NCBI GenBank assembly: GCA_023213395.1
Contig: CM041465.1
Location: forward strand, 252,347,741 to 252,411,740
DNA: 64,000 bases
Source: Cycas panzhihuaensis
Taxonomy: Eukaryota > Plantae > Cycadophyta
Direction of reading: 5' to 3'
Shown: in pieces, positions 38,157 to 50,788 of the stretch
Layout of the letters: every line of letters starts with the position of its first letter
How positions within the stretch are numbered: the stretch's first letter is position 1
Notes under the pieces: model-generated
Database searches by the model: none
Told to the model about the DNA's origin: nothing
The model's input: only the letters and a program-made list of their open reading frames with translations
Made by a program: the position numbers and the translations under genes

Positions 38157-38209
38157 GATAACCAGTTTTTGTATTTATTTCAGATAACCATTTTTTGTAT
38201 TTATTTTCA
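38157..38209 (+). repeat. 26-27 bp tandem duplication
   Basis: GATAACCAGTTTTTGTATTTATTTCA / GATAACCATTTTTTGTATTTATTTTCA. Confidence 0.85.
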
Positions 38210-39973
38210 CCAAATCATCTTCACCTTGATAATTTTTAATAGTTGAATTTAATATAATTTCAAACCATATACAATTTTTATGTTAGGCTAATGACCATTT
38301 TTAAGCACATTATGAAGGTGTGTGTAGTCATGAAAGATAGTGCATCCAATAGGAATCTACGTGCACACCATGAAGCCTAGTGCACTATGACGATTTGTGC
38401 AAATAGAGTCAGTGCTTGTGTGCTCTTTTACTATTTATATGGTGTCTTCACATCCTAATGTTTATGAACATCGTCATAATGTTGGAGTTGCGATCTTAAA
38501 GAGTCCAACAATTTTCCAGCATTTGGCATCAAAGTGATGCCATGTTGGTTTGTTGTGAGTTTGATAAGAGTAGAGGTGTTGTGTTATTGGGAATGAGTGC
38601 ACAAGTTTTTGATCGAGATTTAGAGCTACTTAGAAGTGGATTTACATAAAAAAGGAAAGTGTTATTTTTGCTTTAGTGAAGTGTTCTTGTTGTTCATATT
38701 CTTTCAAAGTTCTTGAAGTATTTTATGAGATTTTAATTACATGTTACAAATTATTTGGCATCAGTCTTTTCCCATGAGTTGTGGAGCCAATTAGTGAGCT
38801 AATTTTCTCACATTTGTGTGTAGATTTTAAAGTGTTATTTGAAGTAAAAGGCATTAAAAAAAAAAACCAAAAATTTAAAGTAAGACGCAATCATATTTCA
38901 TTGACGTTTTAGGCAATTTTATGGCGATAAACTCTTTGTCTATTATAATTTCATTTGTGTTTAGTGACAAAAAATCTATCTCAGAGGTATTTTAACACTG
39001 TAGGTACTTCAAATTTGTGTTTCATTTTGGAAAAAATAATTAAAATTTGCAAAATTAAGCTACCAAAACCCTCACTTTGGACACAGGAAAAATAACTCTA
39101 TTCAACATTAGATTTCTTTATGTACAATTAGTGCTTTTCATATCTAAAAATTGTTGGTGATTTCTAACTATATTTGTGAATTAGGTTTCCGTTTTTAGCC
39201 CCAAACTCAACTTCATTTGTTTGTATGGCTTGTTCAAAGTTTTACAAGTGCGTCGTTGTACTCCAATAGCCATACAATTATATTTTTTAAAAATTCACCT
39301 TTTTTATTTTAATTCTTAATTTAATTAGATTGTATAAAGTGTGGAGTCCATTTCAGCCATTTTTGGCAAGTCACATAGTAGTTTTGACGTGACTGAGAGT
39401 TGTTTTGAAAGGGTCCTCAAGGAAATTTTTCATGGTCTTTCAAAATTTAAGAAGGTAATACCATAGGTTTTGTTATAACTTGGTTGTATGATATCGGAAT
39501 TGAGATTTGAAAGTTGTATTGTGTTTTGTATACTCATGTGTTTGAAACGAGTGGTCATAAGGATATGTTGGGTTTTAATTTTTAGTGGGTTTTAAAGTTT
39601 GAAATTGAGTTTATTTTTTTTAGGTTACCTATGAGTTGACTTGAAGACTTTAAAAAATCAAAATTTTGGCATTGTAAAGCACTAACTCTATAATTTTTTT
39701 TTTTTGGTGGTGGTGTGGTTTGTTTTATGATTAGTGTGCAAGTTCAGAAGTAGATCTAGAACAAATTTGTGTGTTTTTTGGTAATTTATGGCATTTTGAA
39801 GTGCATTTTGGGCATGTTCTTTATTTTTTGATTAAAATACTTAGTATTTTGTGTTTAGAACATTAAACCATGCTTTATACCATATCTTTATAGTGGAAAC
39901 AACACCCATGAAGTAGTTACACATGCAAATGCAAGCTCAGTTATCAGAATAGAGCCATTTTGTTATCGGTGTA

Positions 39974-42921
39974 TGGTATAAGAGATTTCAAGGGGTTATA
40001 AGGAGAAAAGCGATCACTTTAAACACTCATTTTATCATTTTTTTAACCAGTTTTAATGGCTTAAAACATGATCAATGTAATGATTCTTAAATTTGATAGC
40101 TCAAATTACATGACATGGTGTAGACAAATGAAACCTATTTTCATATCAAGAGGCATATGGGATCTAGTTTGCAAAGGTTATAAAGCACCTAATGGTAATG
40201 TGTCAGATGATGAGAATGGAGCTTACAAAGAATTAAACAAAAGAACACTAAAGCACTTGCATTGATTTTTTATGCACTTGAAGAGCACATTTTTCCAAGG
40301 GTAAGTGTAGGACAATTTTTAAAAGAAGTATGGGATACTTTGAAGACAATTTATGAAGGTGCAGTAACATATGAACTCTAAACACTCAGAACAAAGTTTG
40401 AGAATACTAAGATGGTGCATAATGAATCGGTCGACGACTATATTACAAAAATTTAAGGATTAGTGAATTAGATCAGGGCACATGACAAAGAAATAAGTGA
40501 ACAAAGAGTTGTTGAAAAGATTTTGAGGAGTGTTATTGAATTAAAAAAGGTTGAAATAATTATGACAAGTATTAAGGTTTCAAAGGACCTCATAAAGATG
40601 AAGGTTGTTGAATTAAGTGGTATTCTGATACCTATCACAGAGAAAAGAAATGCTAGTTAATCTCTTGGTTATGCATTCACATCCAAAGTAATGATTGGAA
40701 GCAACATGAGTCCTTACAACTTCCATGAAGGATCCTCAAGTGGTCAAGAACAAAGCTCAAGGATAAATGATCAATTTCATACAAGAAGAAGATAGTATTT
40801 TGGAGAAAAAAGTCTATGATAAGAATAAACCTTTAGGGGGAGAGTTCAAAGTCTTAGAGGTAAAGGAAGAAGTCCTTTACCTAACCCAAGAGAAAGAGGA
40901 TAATGTCAGGTTCAAAATCAAGATAGAAGGGGAATTATCTAGTGTACATATTATCATAAAATCTATACGCTTAAAAAATAATTGCTACTCTAGGGAGACA
41001 TACTTGGAGAGAAAGGGAAACAAGTGTTGATATTTGAAATTCAAGTTATCAAGAAAGATTATTTTTTTTTACTCTCGTAACATAAAAGAAAGAAGATGAT
41101 TGGTTTATTAACTTTGGATGATCAACTCATATGGCTTATAAGAAAGAAACATTCATAAAGATTGATAATACTCAGACTACCCAAATTTTGTTTAGTTATG
41201 ACTCCACCTGTGAAGCAAAAGGGAAAGGTGAAGTAAAGATCAAAACCAAGGAAGTAGAGTCAAAATATACTAATGATGTTCTTCATGTTCCACCACTCAA
41301 AAAGAATTTACTATATGTTGGTTAGATAATGGAACAATAATATAGACTTCTATTTGATAATGGTGTATGTGTGTGTTACTAGAGATAAAAGATAAAATAG
41401 TACTATAATGGCTAAAGGGAAAATGACCTCTAATGGACTATTTGAGTTAGTAATATTTTCAAGGGAAAGTTTTGTCTGAAAAACCTTGGTTAAAAATGAA
41501 AGCTTTGGCACTATATATTTGAACATATTAATTATCAAAGTCTTATGTTGATGAGAAGCCTTGAGATGGTATTTGGTTTAACAAGTGTTGAAGTATGGAG
41601 AGGAGAGGTATATATGAAGGATGTGTCATAATAGGGAAAATTTTCTTAATAACTCATGGGGTGCATATGAGCCACTAGAACTTATCTACATAGATCTATG
41701 TGGTTTGATTGATATTATATCACTGAAAGGTATATGAAATTTTATTATATTTATTGACTATTTTGTAAGAAAGACTTGGGTTTATTTTTTAAAGGATAAA
41801 TTTGAAGCTTTTTAAGTGTTCATGTGTTCCAAAGCACTAGTAGAAAAAGAAAATGGACATAAGATAAAAAATTTAAGGTTAAATAATAGGGGAGAGTTTA
41901 CTTCAAATTAATTTAAACACTTTTGTGGCATTCACAAAATTCAAAGGTAGTTTCCTACACCTTACAAACCATAGTAGAATGATGTGGTTGAATGTAAGAA
42001 TCAAATAATTATTGAAATAGCACGAAGTACGTTGGAAGCCAAATAGTTTGGATTCAAGTTTTGGGTCATGGTAATTTATATACTATAATATATTTCTTGA
42101 ACAAATATATAATAAAAGTTGTAAGATGAGTCACTCTTAAGGAAGCTTGGTCAGGAAGGAAGTTAAGCAATAGATATTTAAGAAATTTTGGATATGTGAC
42201 ATACATACATGTACCATATCAACAAAGAACTAAATAAGATAATACATGTGTTATAAGTGTATTTTCATTAGGCTTGAAAATGATTGAATTGGTTATAGGC
42301 TTTATGAACCAAAGGAAAAGAAAGTGATCATAACCTGAGATGTTATATTCAATAAAAAAGTAATTTATTATCTAGAATAGGACAAACAAAAGTATCATGA
42401 TTAAGTCAACTCCCAGCACAAGTCAAGCAAGATTCAACATAGGCCAAGCAAGATCTAGTTAAATTTCAAATCCATATATAAGTATAAATACAAGTCAAAG
42501 AAACATGCCTAAGTGGGTTAAAAGGATTCACAATCCATAAAGTATGATGGGTTCAAATTTTGGTAGAAGAATAACCATATCACAATGTAGAGTAAATTAT
42601 GCATTAATCAAATAAATAATGAGAAACAATATACTTCAAACATTTGAAGAAGTAAATGAAAAAGATAAATGGAAAAATGAAATGTAAAAAGAATTTAATG
42701 CCTTAGTTAAAAACAATACTGGAGTTGGTAAAATCGACACCCAAAAGAAAGGTGATTAGCACCAAGTGGATCTACAATATAGAATAGATCATTTTATTGA
42801 CAAGCAAAAAGCAATATTAGTTACTAAAGGTTATGCATAAGAAGTTAACATTGGGTACTGTGAAGCATTTGCACTAGTTGCTTAAATGGACACTATTTGA
42901 ATCATTCTTGCATTAGTAGCC
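39974..42921 (+). mobile_element. Copia-C: degenerate Ty1/copia internal region, related to Copia-A, truncated in early RT; LTRs not identified
   Basis: Decayed PBS TGGTATAAGAG at 39974; Gag VMILKFDSSNYMTW..MKPIFISRGIWDL (cf. Copia-A 642-725); PR, IN (LIYIDLCG) and RT up to MDTI*IILALVA at 42921. Confidence 0.85.
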
Positions 42922-44624
42922 TGAATCATTTTTGCTACCTCTCCATTGCCAATGATGTACAAATCTTGATGTGCACACTTTTACGATACCTCCAAGCTTG
43001 CTCCAAGACACTACTCTATTTATCTTCTATTTTTTATTACTTTTTTGACCTTTGACTTGTTAAGCAACCAATTTTATAGCATTCTTAATTTATGATTTCT
43101 CTTAGTTTAACTCCTTGTTGGCTTTATCTGACACTTTGTGAACTTCATTTTCTAAAAACTGTTTTATTACACATTATTTCTATCAATTTTATTTCTTGCA
43201 CTTTTGCCTCCAAGATTACAATTTAAGTTATTTTAAGATTGCATTTTTAGATTATTTATCATGTTTTTTTACTATTTCATCACATTTTTTTGTTGCCTAA
43301 AAATGTGATTTTCTTCACAAAATGTGATAAAAAGATCACATTTTTAATTATACAAACACATTTTTTACTATTTCTACATAAGAAAAAAAGGAAAGTCATT
43401 TTTTTCCTACTGTACAAACACAGATTGTTGTAAAACTATGGCTCAACTTTCCCCTAGTTTTCCTTGACCTCTCACCTTAATTTTCCTTATAAACATCCAC
43501 TCATTTGTTAAGAAAAGGGGGAGAACATCTTATGAAATTAAATATTGCCGATCTTGAGACTCAACCTTCCATTCTCGAGGACCCCTTTCAGAAAAACAAT
43601 AGGCTTTTGACTAGAGATTTAAAGACTTGAGACTGTACACACTCTTGTTCTTCCTTCCTTCTCTCTTGGGGCACATTTTCTTTTACTTTCTCCTTTTTCT
43701 TTTGGATGAAACTTCCAACTTTGGATTCTCTTCCACTTTTGAGACTCTTTCTCTCTTATTTTGGATTGGTTGGAGCCTTAACTTGGAGTATCTTAGAGGG
43801 CATTAAGGCACAAATCTGAGGCACCTTCCCATCACATCGTCCAAGTTGATTTTGGTTTATCAAATTGATGAGTTTGTTTTGGTAAGTTTTCTTTTAGTTC
43901 TTGCATGTGCATTTTAAAGTAGCACTTGACTTATTGTTTGAGTTAAAAATGCTAATGAGTATGAATTAGTTCATTTCCTTATTCACATTTTGTACATTAT
44001 TTTTTTAGTATAGTAAGTTTTAGTTGGAGATTAAGGTCCTCTTAATAAAACTCCTACTAACAACTTATGGAGAAGTTTACTCATTTAACCCAAGTGCTAA
44101 TAAACTCTTCTTAAAGAGATGAGTGGTTTTGTCAAGGGAATTCCAAGTAGAGTCTTGAGCCCTCTTCCATAGGGTTATAAACTCTTTCCTCATTCTCCTC
44201 CACCATAACTTTCTAGCTGCAACAAAAATGTTGTTGGAGTTGTGATAGGAACCTTGTTTTATGGATCATTAAGCAAACTTTATTTTGTAATAATCACAAG
44301 GATATATATCCTCTGAACTTTGGTATTACAAGCTACACTAATTTATTTCTCTTGAAGCTTTCATTGATTGGTCATCTTTTTTAATAGATCTACAAGATGG
44401 TGTAAGGTACATTTCTATTTCCCTTTCCATTACAGCCTTCCTTTCCTAGTCATCTTTATGGTTCCTACCCTTGAGAGCAAATCCTCAAAAGAAAAGAAAA
44501 GATAAATTCAAGCACTTATTTTATTATATCTTAAAATGCTTCTTATTTATTTTTTATTTGCTTGATGGTACATTTATCCTAGTTAGGAAAAAGTGGAAGG
44601 GAATTTACAAGTTAGTGCATTTAG

Positions 44625-44978
44625 TGTTAAAATATTAATAACACCTTATCTTTGTATCAGAATGTGATTATGTTGCATTGTAAAATTATGTCGAGTGTGC
44701 CCCTTATCGAATAACAAGCCAATTATATTAGTTTGTTATATCGATCAATCATGTAAATACTTGAGGTAATTTGAGGCCTATAAATTAAGCATGAACCCTC
44801 CTTAATGTACATTAGATTATTTGAAGAAGTGAAGCTCTATTGAATTGAAGACTGAAGGCACCAACCAATCTGTCCATCTTGTTCTCTGCAATCAATTTAT
44901 GTTGAATAATTATTTGCTTTATTTATCATTTCATTCTTATATACATAAGAGTATTTTAGATTTTACATTGATTTTTTA
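44625..44978 (+). repeat. Copia-D 5' LTR (354 bp)
   Basis: TGTTAAAATATTAATAACACCTT...; direct repeat of 54105-54472, ~83% identical over a hand-counted 127 nt. Confidence 0.9.
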
Positions 44979-46603
44979 TGGTATTAGAGCCATTCTTCTT
45001 TATGCAATAAGTTTGTTATAGGTTATTCACATTGAAGGAGGTTTAGGATGGTGATCATTTGAAAAACGTTCCCCCTATTTCAACCCGTTTGTGAGAAATG
45101 ATAGCCCGTTCTAGCTTGTTTCTCCCAGTTTGGATTATTTTGGACTCTGTACATACACTCATGACATTCGTCTGTTGAGTTGTTGATCATCTGTACAGCC
45201 TCATCCACTTGAGCCAGACTCTAAACCATATTCATGTGTTTGTGACTAAAAAATGGCCTCCTTGTTGGTACCATTATTTTCTCTAGTTTTATTTCTAGTT
45301 AGTTGATATTTTTTGTTGGCTTTGTTGGACTCAAACATACACCATTTCAAACCTCGTAAGATCTGTACTATCTCCTTCGATTTCTATAACTACTAAGAGC
45401 ATTCTTCGCTACCATATAAAGCTATCTTCACTCATCTGTGGGCCAAGTGACCTCATTACATAGTCAAACTTTCATCACTCAATTGGTGCCTATGTTGACC
45501 TCTATAGTGCTTAGATGACCCTGCATAGCCCAATATAGCATGTATTACCTTCCCCCACATTGCAAGAAGCTTCTAATGAGATCCCCAAGAAGATTACAAA
45601 TGTATCATTTCGATTTTGATCAAGTTCAATCTGTTGTTAGCCACTTTGTTCTTTACATATTTACGTGGGTTTCTTCATAACATTATTTTAGACTTTGTAA
45701 TAATTTTTTGTACAAAGGTTTTAGTTGATTTAATTGAATTGGATTTTTGGTATAAGTTTGCTAGCACCTTTCTAATCAAGTGGGTGGTCATATGAAGTAG
45801 CTTGGTGACCAGGGGCTTCTCATTCAAGGAAGCTTATGCTAATTAAATTTCTGTTTTGATTACTTAAGAAGGTGTTATTACTATTTTTATGATATCTTTG
45901 TAACAAAGTGTATTTTTTTCAAACTGTGAGATTCATTAGAATCCTGACTCAAAGATTTACAACTTGGAGCTAGCTTTAGACCTATTTGGATAGAATTTTA
46001 GGGATTTTTCTGTTGTTTGTTACTCACATTCATCTTATTAGTTGTTCCACCTATTTTTTGGCTAACATTTACATTACATTGTGGTTGTAGGTGCCCTACT
46101 TATGTGAAGAAGGTTGCTCTTATCTTATAAGCATGGTCCCTTCTTTAAGCATCCTAAACCTTACCTTTTGTGACTTATTTGCATTTCCTTTTGGTCTCCT
46201 TATTTTTTCTTAAAAGGAACCCTCACATAAACAAGACCACATTTAAAAAGAAGTTGAACTAAAAAAAAAAAATTAAATTGAATAATAAAGACTTTTCCAA
46301 CCTTGCAAGGGAAATTATTAGGAACCCTAAAGTTACCATTCCACACACACCTTTCCCTTTTCTCAAACTCTATGGATATTAGAGAAATGAATTGGATATA
46401 AGGTGTATTAAGTGGCAAGTTAAGGTGTAAACCATTTCTTTGGAGTTTGAAGAACTGGCTAGACCTGGAGGGAGTGAGTGCCTTACTTAGTAGTCTTTAA
46501 CTAGATTTGTCACTCGGCATAAATTTGGCATAGATAGATAAATAGTGTCAAGGGGGCACATTGACCTTCTATGCTCACATACCTAGATATATAGAGCTTA
46601 GCT

Positions 46604-47247
46604 TATTGGATATTATGACAACAATATTTTGGGGCTAAAATTTTGGCATGTTTTCGGCACGATTTCCCCCCAATCTTTCTCGAGTGGTTCCAAGAGGGGA
46701 GGAAGCCCCCCTTAGCTGGGGGTGCGGGGGGAGTGGAACGCCCCCCGCTAAGAGGAGGTTTGGGGGTGATAGCCCCCGACCTAAAAAATTAGCCATGTAA
46801 ACCATATTAAAATGTAAAGAGAATCAGGGTCATTCGATAAAAATGCCCTAAATTTTATGGTTGAGATTTATGCCTTGGATGTCCCTCTCATGTAGCCTAA
46901 TTTAGGGCTTTTTCTTATTATGTTGTATGTAATGTAATGTACTGTGATGAGGGCAGCGACTGGTTGTTATTCTTGAGAGCACTCTGCTACTGAGGTGTAC
47001 TGCTTCTCTATTCTACAGCAATAAAGATTGATACCTTTCCTGTGTGGATGTTTCCCTAGCACACTACTAGGGTTTTACTATGTTATATTAGGTGCATATG
47101 TGATGTTTGGCTTTTACTTTCATGTTATTATATAATATCTGATTTTAGAACTTGCATGTAATTTTAAGTTTCTATTTCTATAACTAGTTGCAAGAATGCA
47201 ATAGATCTTAGTAGCGGTTAAAGGGTTGGGACCTTGTATTCTCAATA
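46604..47247 (+). repeat. Copia-E 5' LTR (644 bp)
   Basis: T(G>A)TTGGATATT...CTCAA(C>T)A; matches 50157-50788, ~90% over a hand-counted 185 nt. Confidence 0.93.
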
Positions 47248-50156
47248 AGTGGTATCAAAGCCACACTTTTTTTTTTTTGCAACAAGTTTGTGAAGGGTTT
47301 GGTGTCGGCTTTTCTACACCAAATGGCGAAACTGGCAGGTGCAAAGTTCGAGGTGAAGAAATTCAATGGCAAGAACAACTTTGAGTTGTGGAAGTTAAAA
47401 GCACATGATGTTCTTGTACAGTAGGGTTTGTACAAAGCCCTTGCAGGTAAATCGAAGAAACCCGCAGGGATGGACGATGATGAATGGAATGACTTAGACA
47501 AAAAGACACTTAGCATAATATGATTGTGCTTAGAAGATGAAGTCTTGTTTAACATCGTAGGGGAGGAGACAACAATAAGATTATGGACCTAGTTGGAAGG
47601 CATGTATATGACCAAATAGGTAACGAATCGAATCTACCTGAAGGATCATTATATCTTGTGGAGGATCATTATATTTTGTCACATTTATAGATGACTACTC
47701 CAGGAAGGTATGGGTCTATTTTTTGAAAAGGAAATATGAAGTGTTTAGTGTGTTTAAGTAGTTCAAGGCTCTAGTTAAGAACAACACTGTTAAGATAATC
47801 AAATGTTTAAGAACTGGCAATGGAGGTGAGTTCAACTCTTTGGAATTTGAGAACTATTGTAGAGAAGCTGGGATCGAAAGACACAAGACCACTAGTTATA
47901 CTCCATAGTAAAATGGCATTGCTAAGCACATGAATATGACACTCTTGGAAAGAGCAAGAAGCATACTAAGTAATGCAGAAGTGGAGCAGGGCTTGTGGGT
48001 AGAAGCTGTTCAAACAACTTGCTATCTGGTAAACAGGTCACCATCACTTGCAATGGATTGCAAGATTCCTAAAGAGGTATGGACTGGACATCCATGTCAT
48101 TATTCAAATTTAAAAGTTTTTGGTTATGATGCTTATGCCTGGACTGACAAAAGTAAATGTTCAAAGTTAGACCCAAAATCCAAGAGATATATCTTTGTTG
48201 GTTATGGTGATAAGGATGGTGTAAAGGAATACAGGTTGTGGGATCCTACTGCCCACAAAATCACCATTAACAGAGATATCATATTTGATGACTCTCCTCT
48301 TGTAAAATCACACAGTGGAGAAGTTGAAATGAAACAGGAGCAACAAGCTGAACATCAACAAGTCAAGTTTGAAATGCTGCCATCTGTGGAATTAGAAGAG
48401 CATGAAGATCTTTCTGAAGATGGATCAGCAGTAGATTCACAAGAGTATGTGGACACCCCTTTGCCAACAATTAGAAGATCTACACAAGTTAGTCATCCAC
48501 TTAACAGGTACAACCCTTTTATTTCTATTACTTTGGTTTCTAATGATGGTGAGCCCACATGTTATCATGAAGCAATAGATGATATCCATGGTGAGAAGTA
48601 GAAAAGGGCTATGCAGGAAGAGATAGATGCTTTGAAGAAAAATAATTCATGGGACTTGGTAGAACTTCCACATGGCAGGAAGACTGTTGGTTGTAGGTGG
48701 GTTTTCAAAAATAAAATAGATGTTGATGGAAAGGTTGATAAATACAGGGCAAGACCGGTGGCTAAAGGTTTTGCACAGAAAGCACGTATTGATTTTCATG
48801 AGATCTTTTCACCAATTGTCAAACTTGTTTCAATTCGAGTGCTATTAGCATTAGTAGCTTCTTTGAATTTGGAGTTGGAGCAGTTAGATGTAAAAATAAC
48901 TTTTCTACATGGAGATTTAGATGAGGAGATCTATATAGATCAACTAGAAGGGTTTGTACAAGATGGCAGGAAAAGACTTGTTTGCAGGCTTAGGAAATCA
49001 TTGTATGGCCTAAAGTAATCACCCAGGCAGTGGTATAATAAGTTTGATGCCTTTATGGAGAGCCAAAATTTTAAAAGAAGTGAGTATGATCATTGCGTTT
49101 ACTTTAAATTTATGGACAATGGCTTATTCATTATCTTGGTATTATATGTTGATGACATCTTTGGTTGCCTTGAAGAGCATGGAAGAAATCAATAAGCTAA
49201 AGGCTCAATTGACTATGACTTTTGATATGAAGGATCTAGGAGCTGTAAAATAAATCTTAGGTGTGGAGATACACAGAGACAGGAAAAGTGGTAAGCTATG
49301 GTTATCAAAGCAGAAATATGTGGAGAAGGTGCTAACCAGGTTTGGTATGGCAAATGTGAAACCAGTGAGTATCCCATTGGCTTTCCACTTCAAGCTTTCT
49401 TTGAATATAAGTCCTAGTAGTAAAGAAGAAAAGGATTATATGTCTCGTGTGCCTTATGCCAGTGTAGTAGGAAGTTTAATGTATGCCATGGTATGTACAA
49501 GACCTGATATTTCACATGCAGTCAATGTACTTAGCAGGTTTATGACAAATCCAGGAAAGGAATATTAGGCTGCAGTGAAATGGGTGCTTCGATATTTGAG
49601 CGGCACGTGCGACTATTGCATCACCTTTGGAGTGCAGTGTCGAGGTTTGTGGATATGTCGATTCAGACTTTGCAGGAGATTTAGACAAAAGAAGGTCTAC
49701 TTCAGGTTATGTTTTTACTCTTGCAAATGGTCCGGTTAGTTAGATGTCCAAATTGCAAAGCACAATTATACTATCAACCATGGAAGCTGAATATGTTACT
49801 ACAACACATGCTTGTAAAGAAGTAATCTGGTTACAGGGTCTATTGGTTGAGCTTGGAAGGAGACAGAAAAATGTAAAGGTATTTTGTGACAGTCAAAGTG
49901 CCATTTACTTAGCCAAGAATCTAGCTTATCACAGTAGAACAAAGCATGTTGCTCTTAAGTACCATTTTGTTAGATAGGTTGTGGAAGAAGGTGGAGTGAC
50001 ACTTGAGAAGATTCACACCAATCAAAATTGTGATGATATATTCACAAAACCAGTACCATGAGAGAAGTTCAAATAGTATTTGACTTCTCTTGGCTTGCAG
50101 AAAAGATGATGAAGGGTCCAGGAAAGATACTGGGTAATTGTTGTCAAGGTGGAGAT

Positions 50157-50788
50157 TGTTGGATATTGTGACAACAATATTTTAGGGCTAAAATTTTGGC
50201 ATGTTTTCGTCGTAGTTTCCCCTCCTAATATTTCTCGAGGGGTTCCAAGGGGGGCGAGAGCCCCCCTTGGTACGGGCGTGAACGCCCACTAAGAGGGGGT
50301 TCGGGGGTGATAGCCCCCAACCCAAAAAATTAGCCCTATAAACCATATTAAAATGTAAAGAGAATCAGGGTCGTTCGATAAAAATACCCTAGATTCTATG
50401 GTTGAGATTTATGCCTTAGATATCCCTCTCATATAGCCCGATTTAGGATTTTTTCTTATTATGTTGTATGTAATGTAATGTACTGTGATGAGGGCGGTGA
50501 CTGGTTGTTGTTCCTAAGAGCACTCTACTACTGAGATGTATTGTTTCTCCATTCTACAGCAATAAAGATCGATACCTTTCCTATTTGGATGTTTCCCTAG
50601 CACACTGGCTGGGTTTCACCACGTTATATCAGGTGCACATGTGATGTTTGGCTTTCACTTTCATGTTATTGTATAATCTCTGATTTTAGAACTTGCATGT
50701 AATTTTAAGTTTCTATTTCTACAACTAGTTGCAAGAATGCAATAGATCTTGGTGGCGGTTAAAGGGTTGGGACCTTGTATTCTCAACA
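50157..50788 (+). repeat. Copia-E 3' LTR (632 bp)
   Basis: TGTTGGATATT...CTCAACA, between the PPT and the TSD. Confidence 0.95.

Larger units (their letters stand above)
46604..50788 (+). mobile_element. Copia-E: Tork/Tnt1-like Ty1/copia with both LTRs and an internal Gag-to-IN deletion
   Basis: TSD TAGCT (46599-46603, 50789-50793); PBS TGGTATCAAAGCC 47250-47262; PPT AAGGTGGAGA before 50157. Gag MAKLAGAKFEVKKFNGKNNF at 47323; IN, RT (LYVDD) and RH ORF fragments 47930-49977. Confidence 0.95.

Noticed and set aside
38300-39950. TE-like non-coding tract before Copia-C
   Set aside because: It looks repeat-derived, but no termini, partner copy or coding motif can be shown.
24000-40000. Phenylpropanoid or other biosynthetic gene cluster around C4H
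   Set aside because: No second enzyme gene or recognisable pseudogene was found on either strand.
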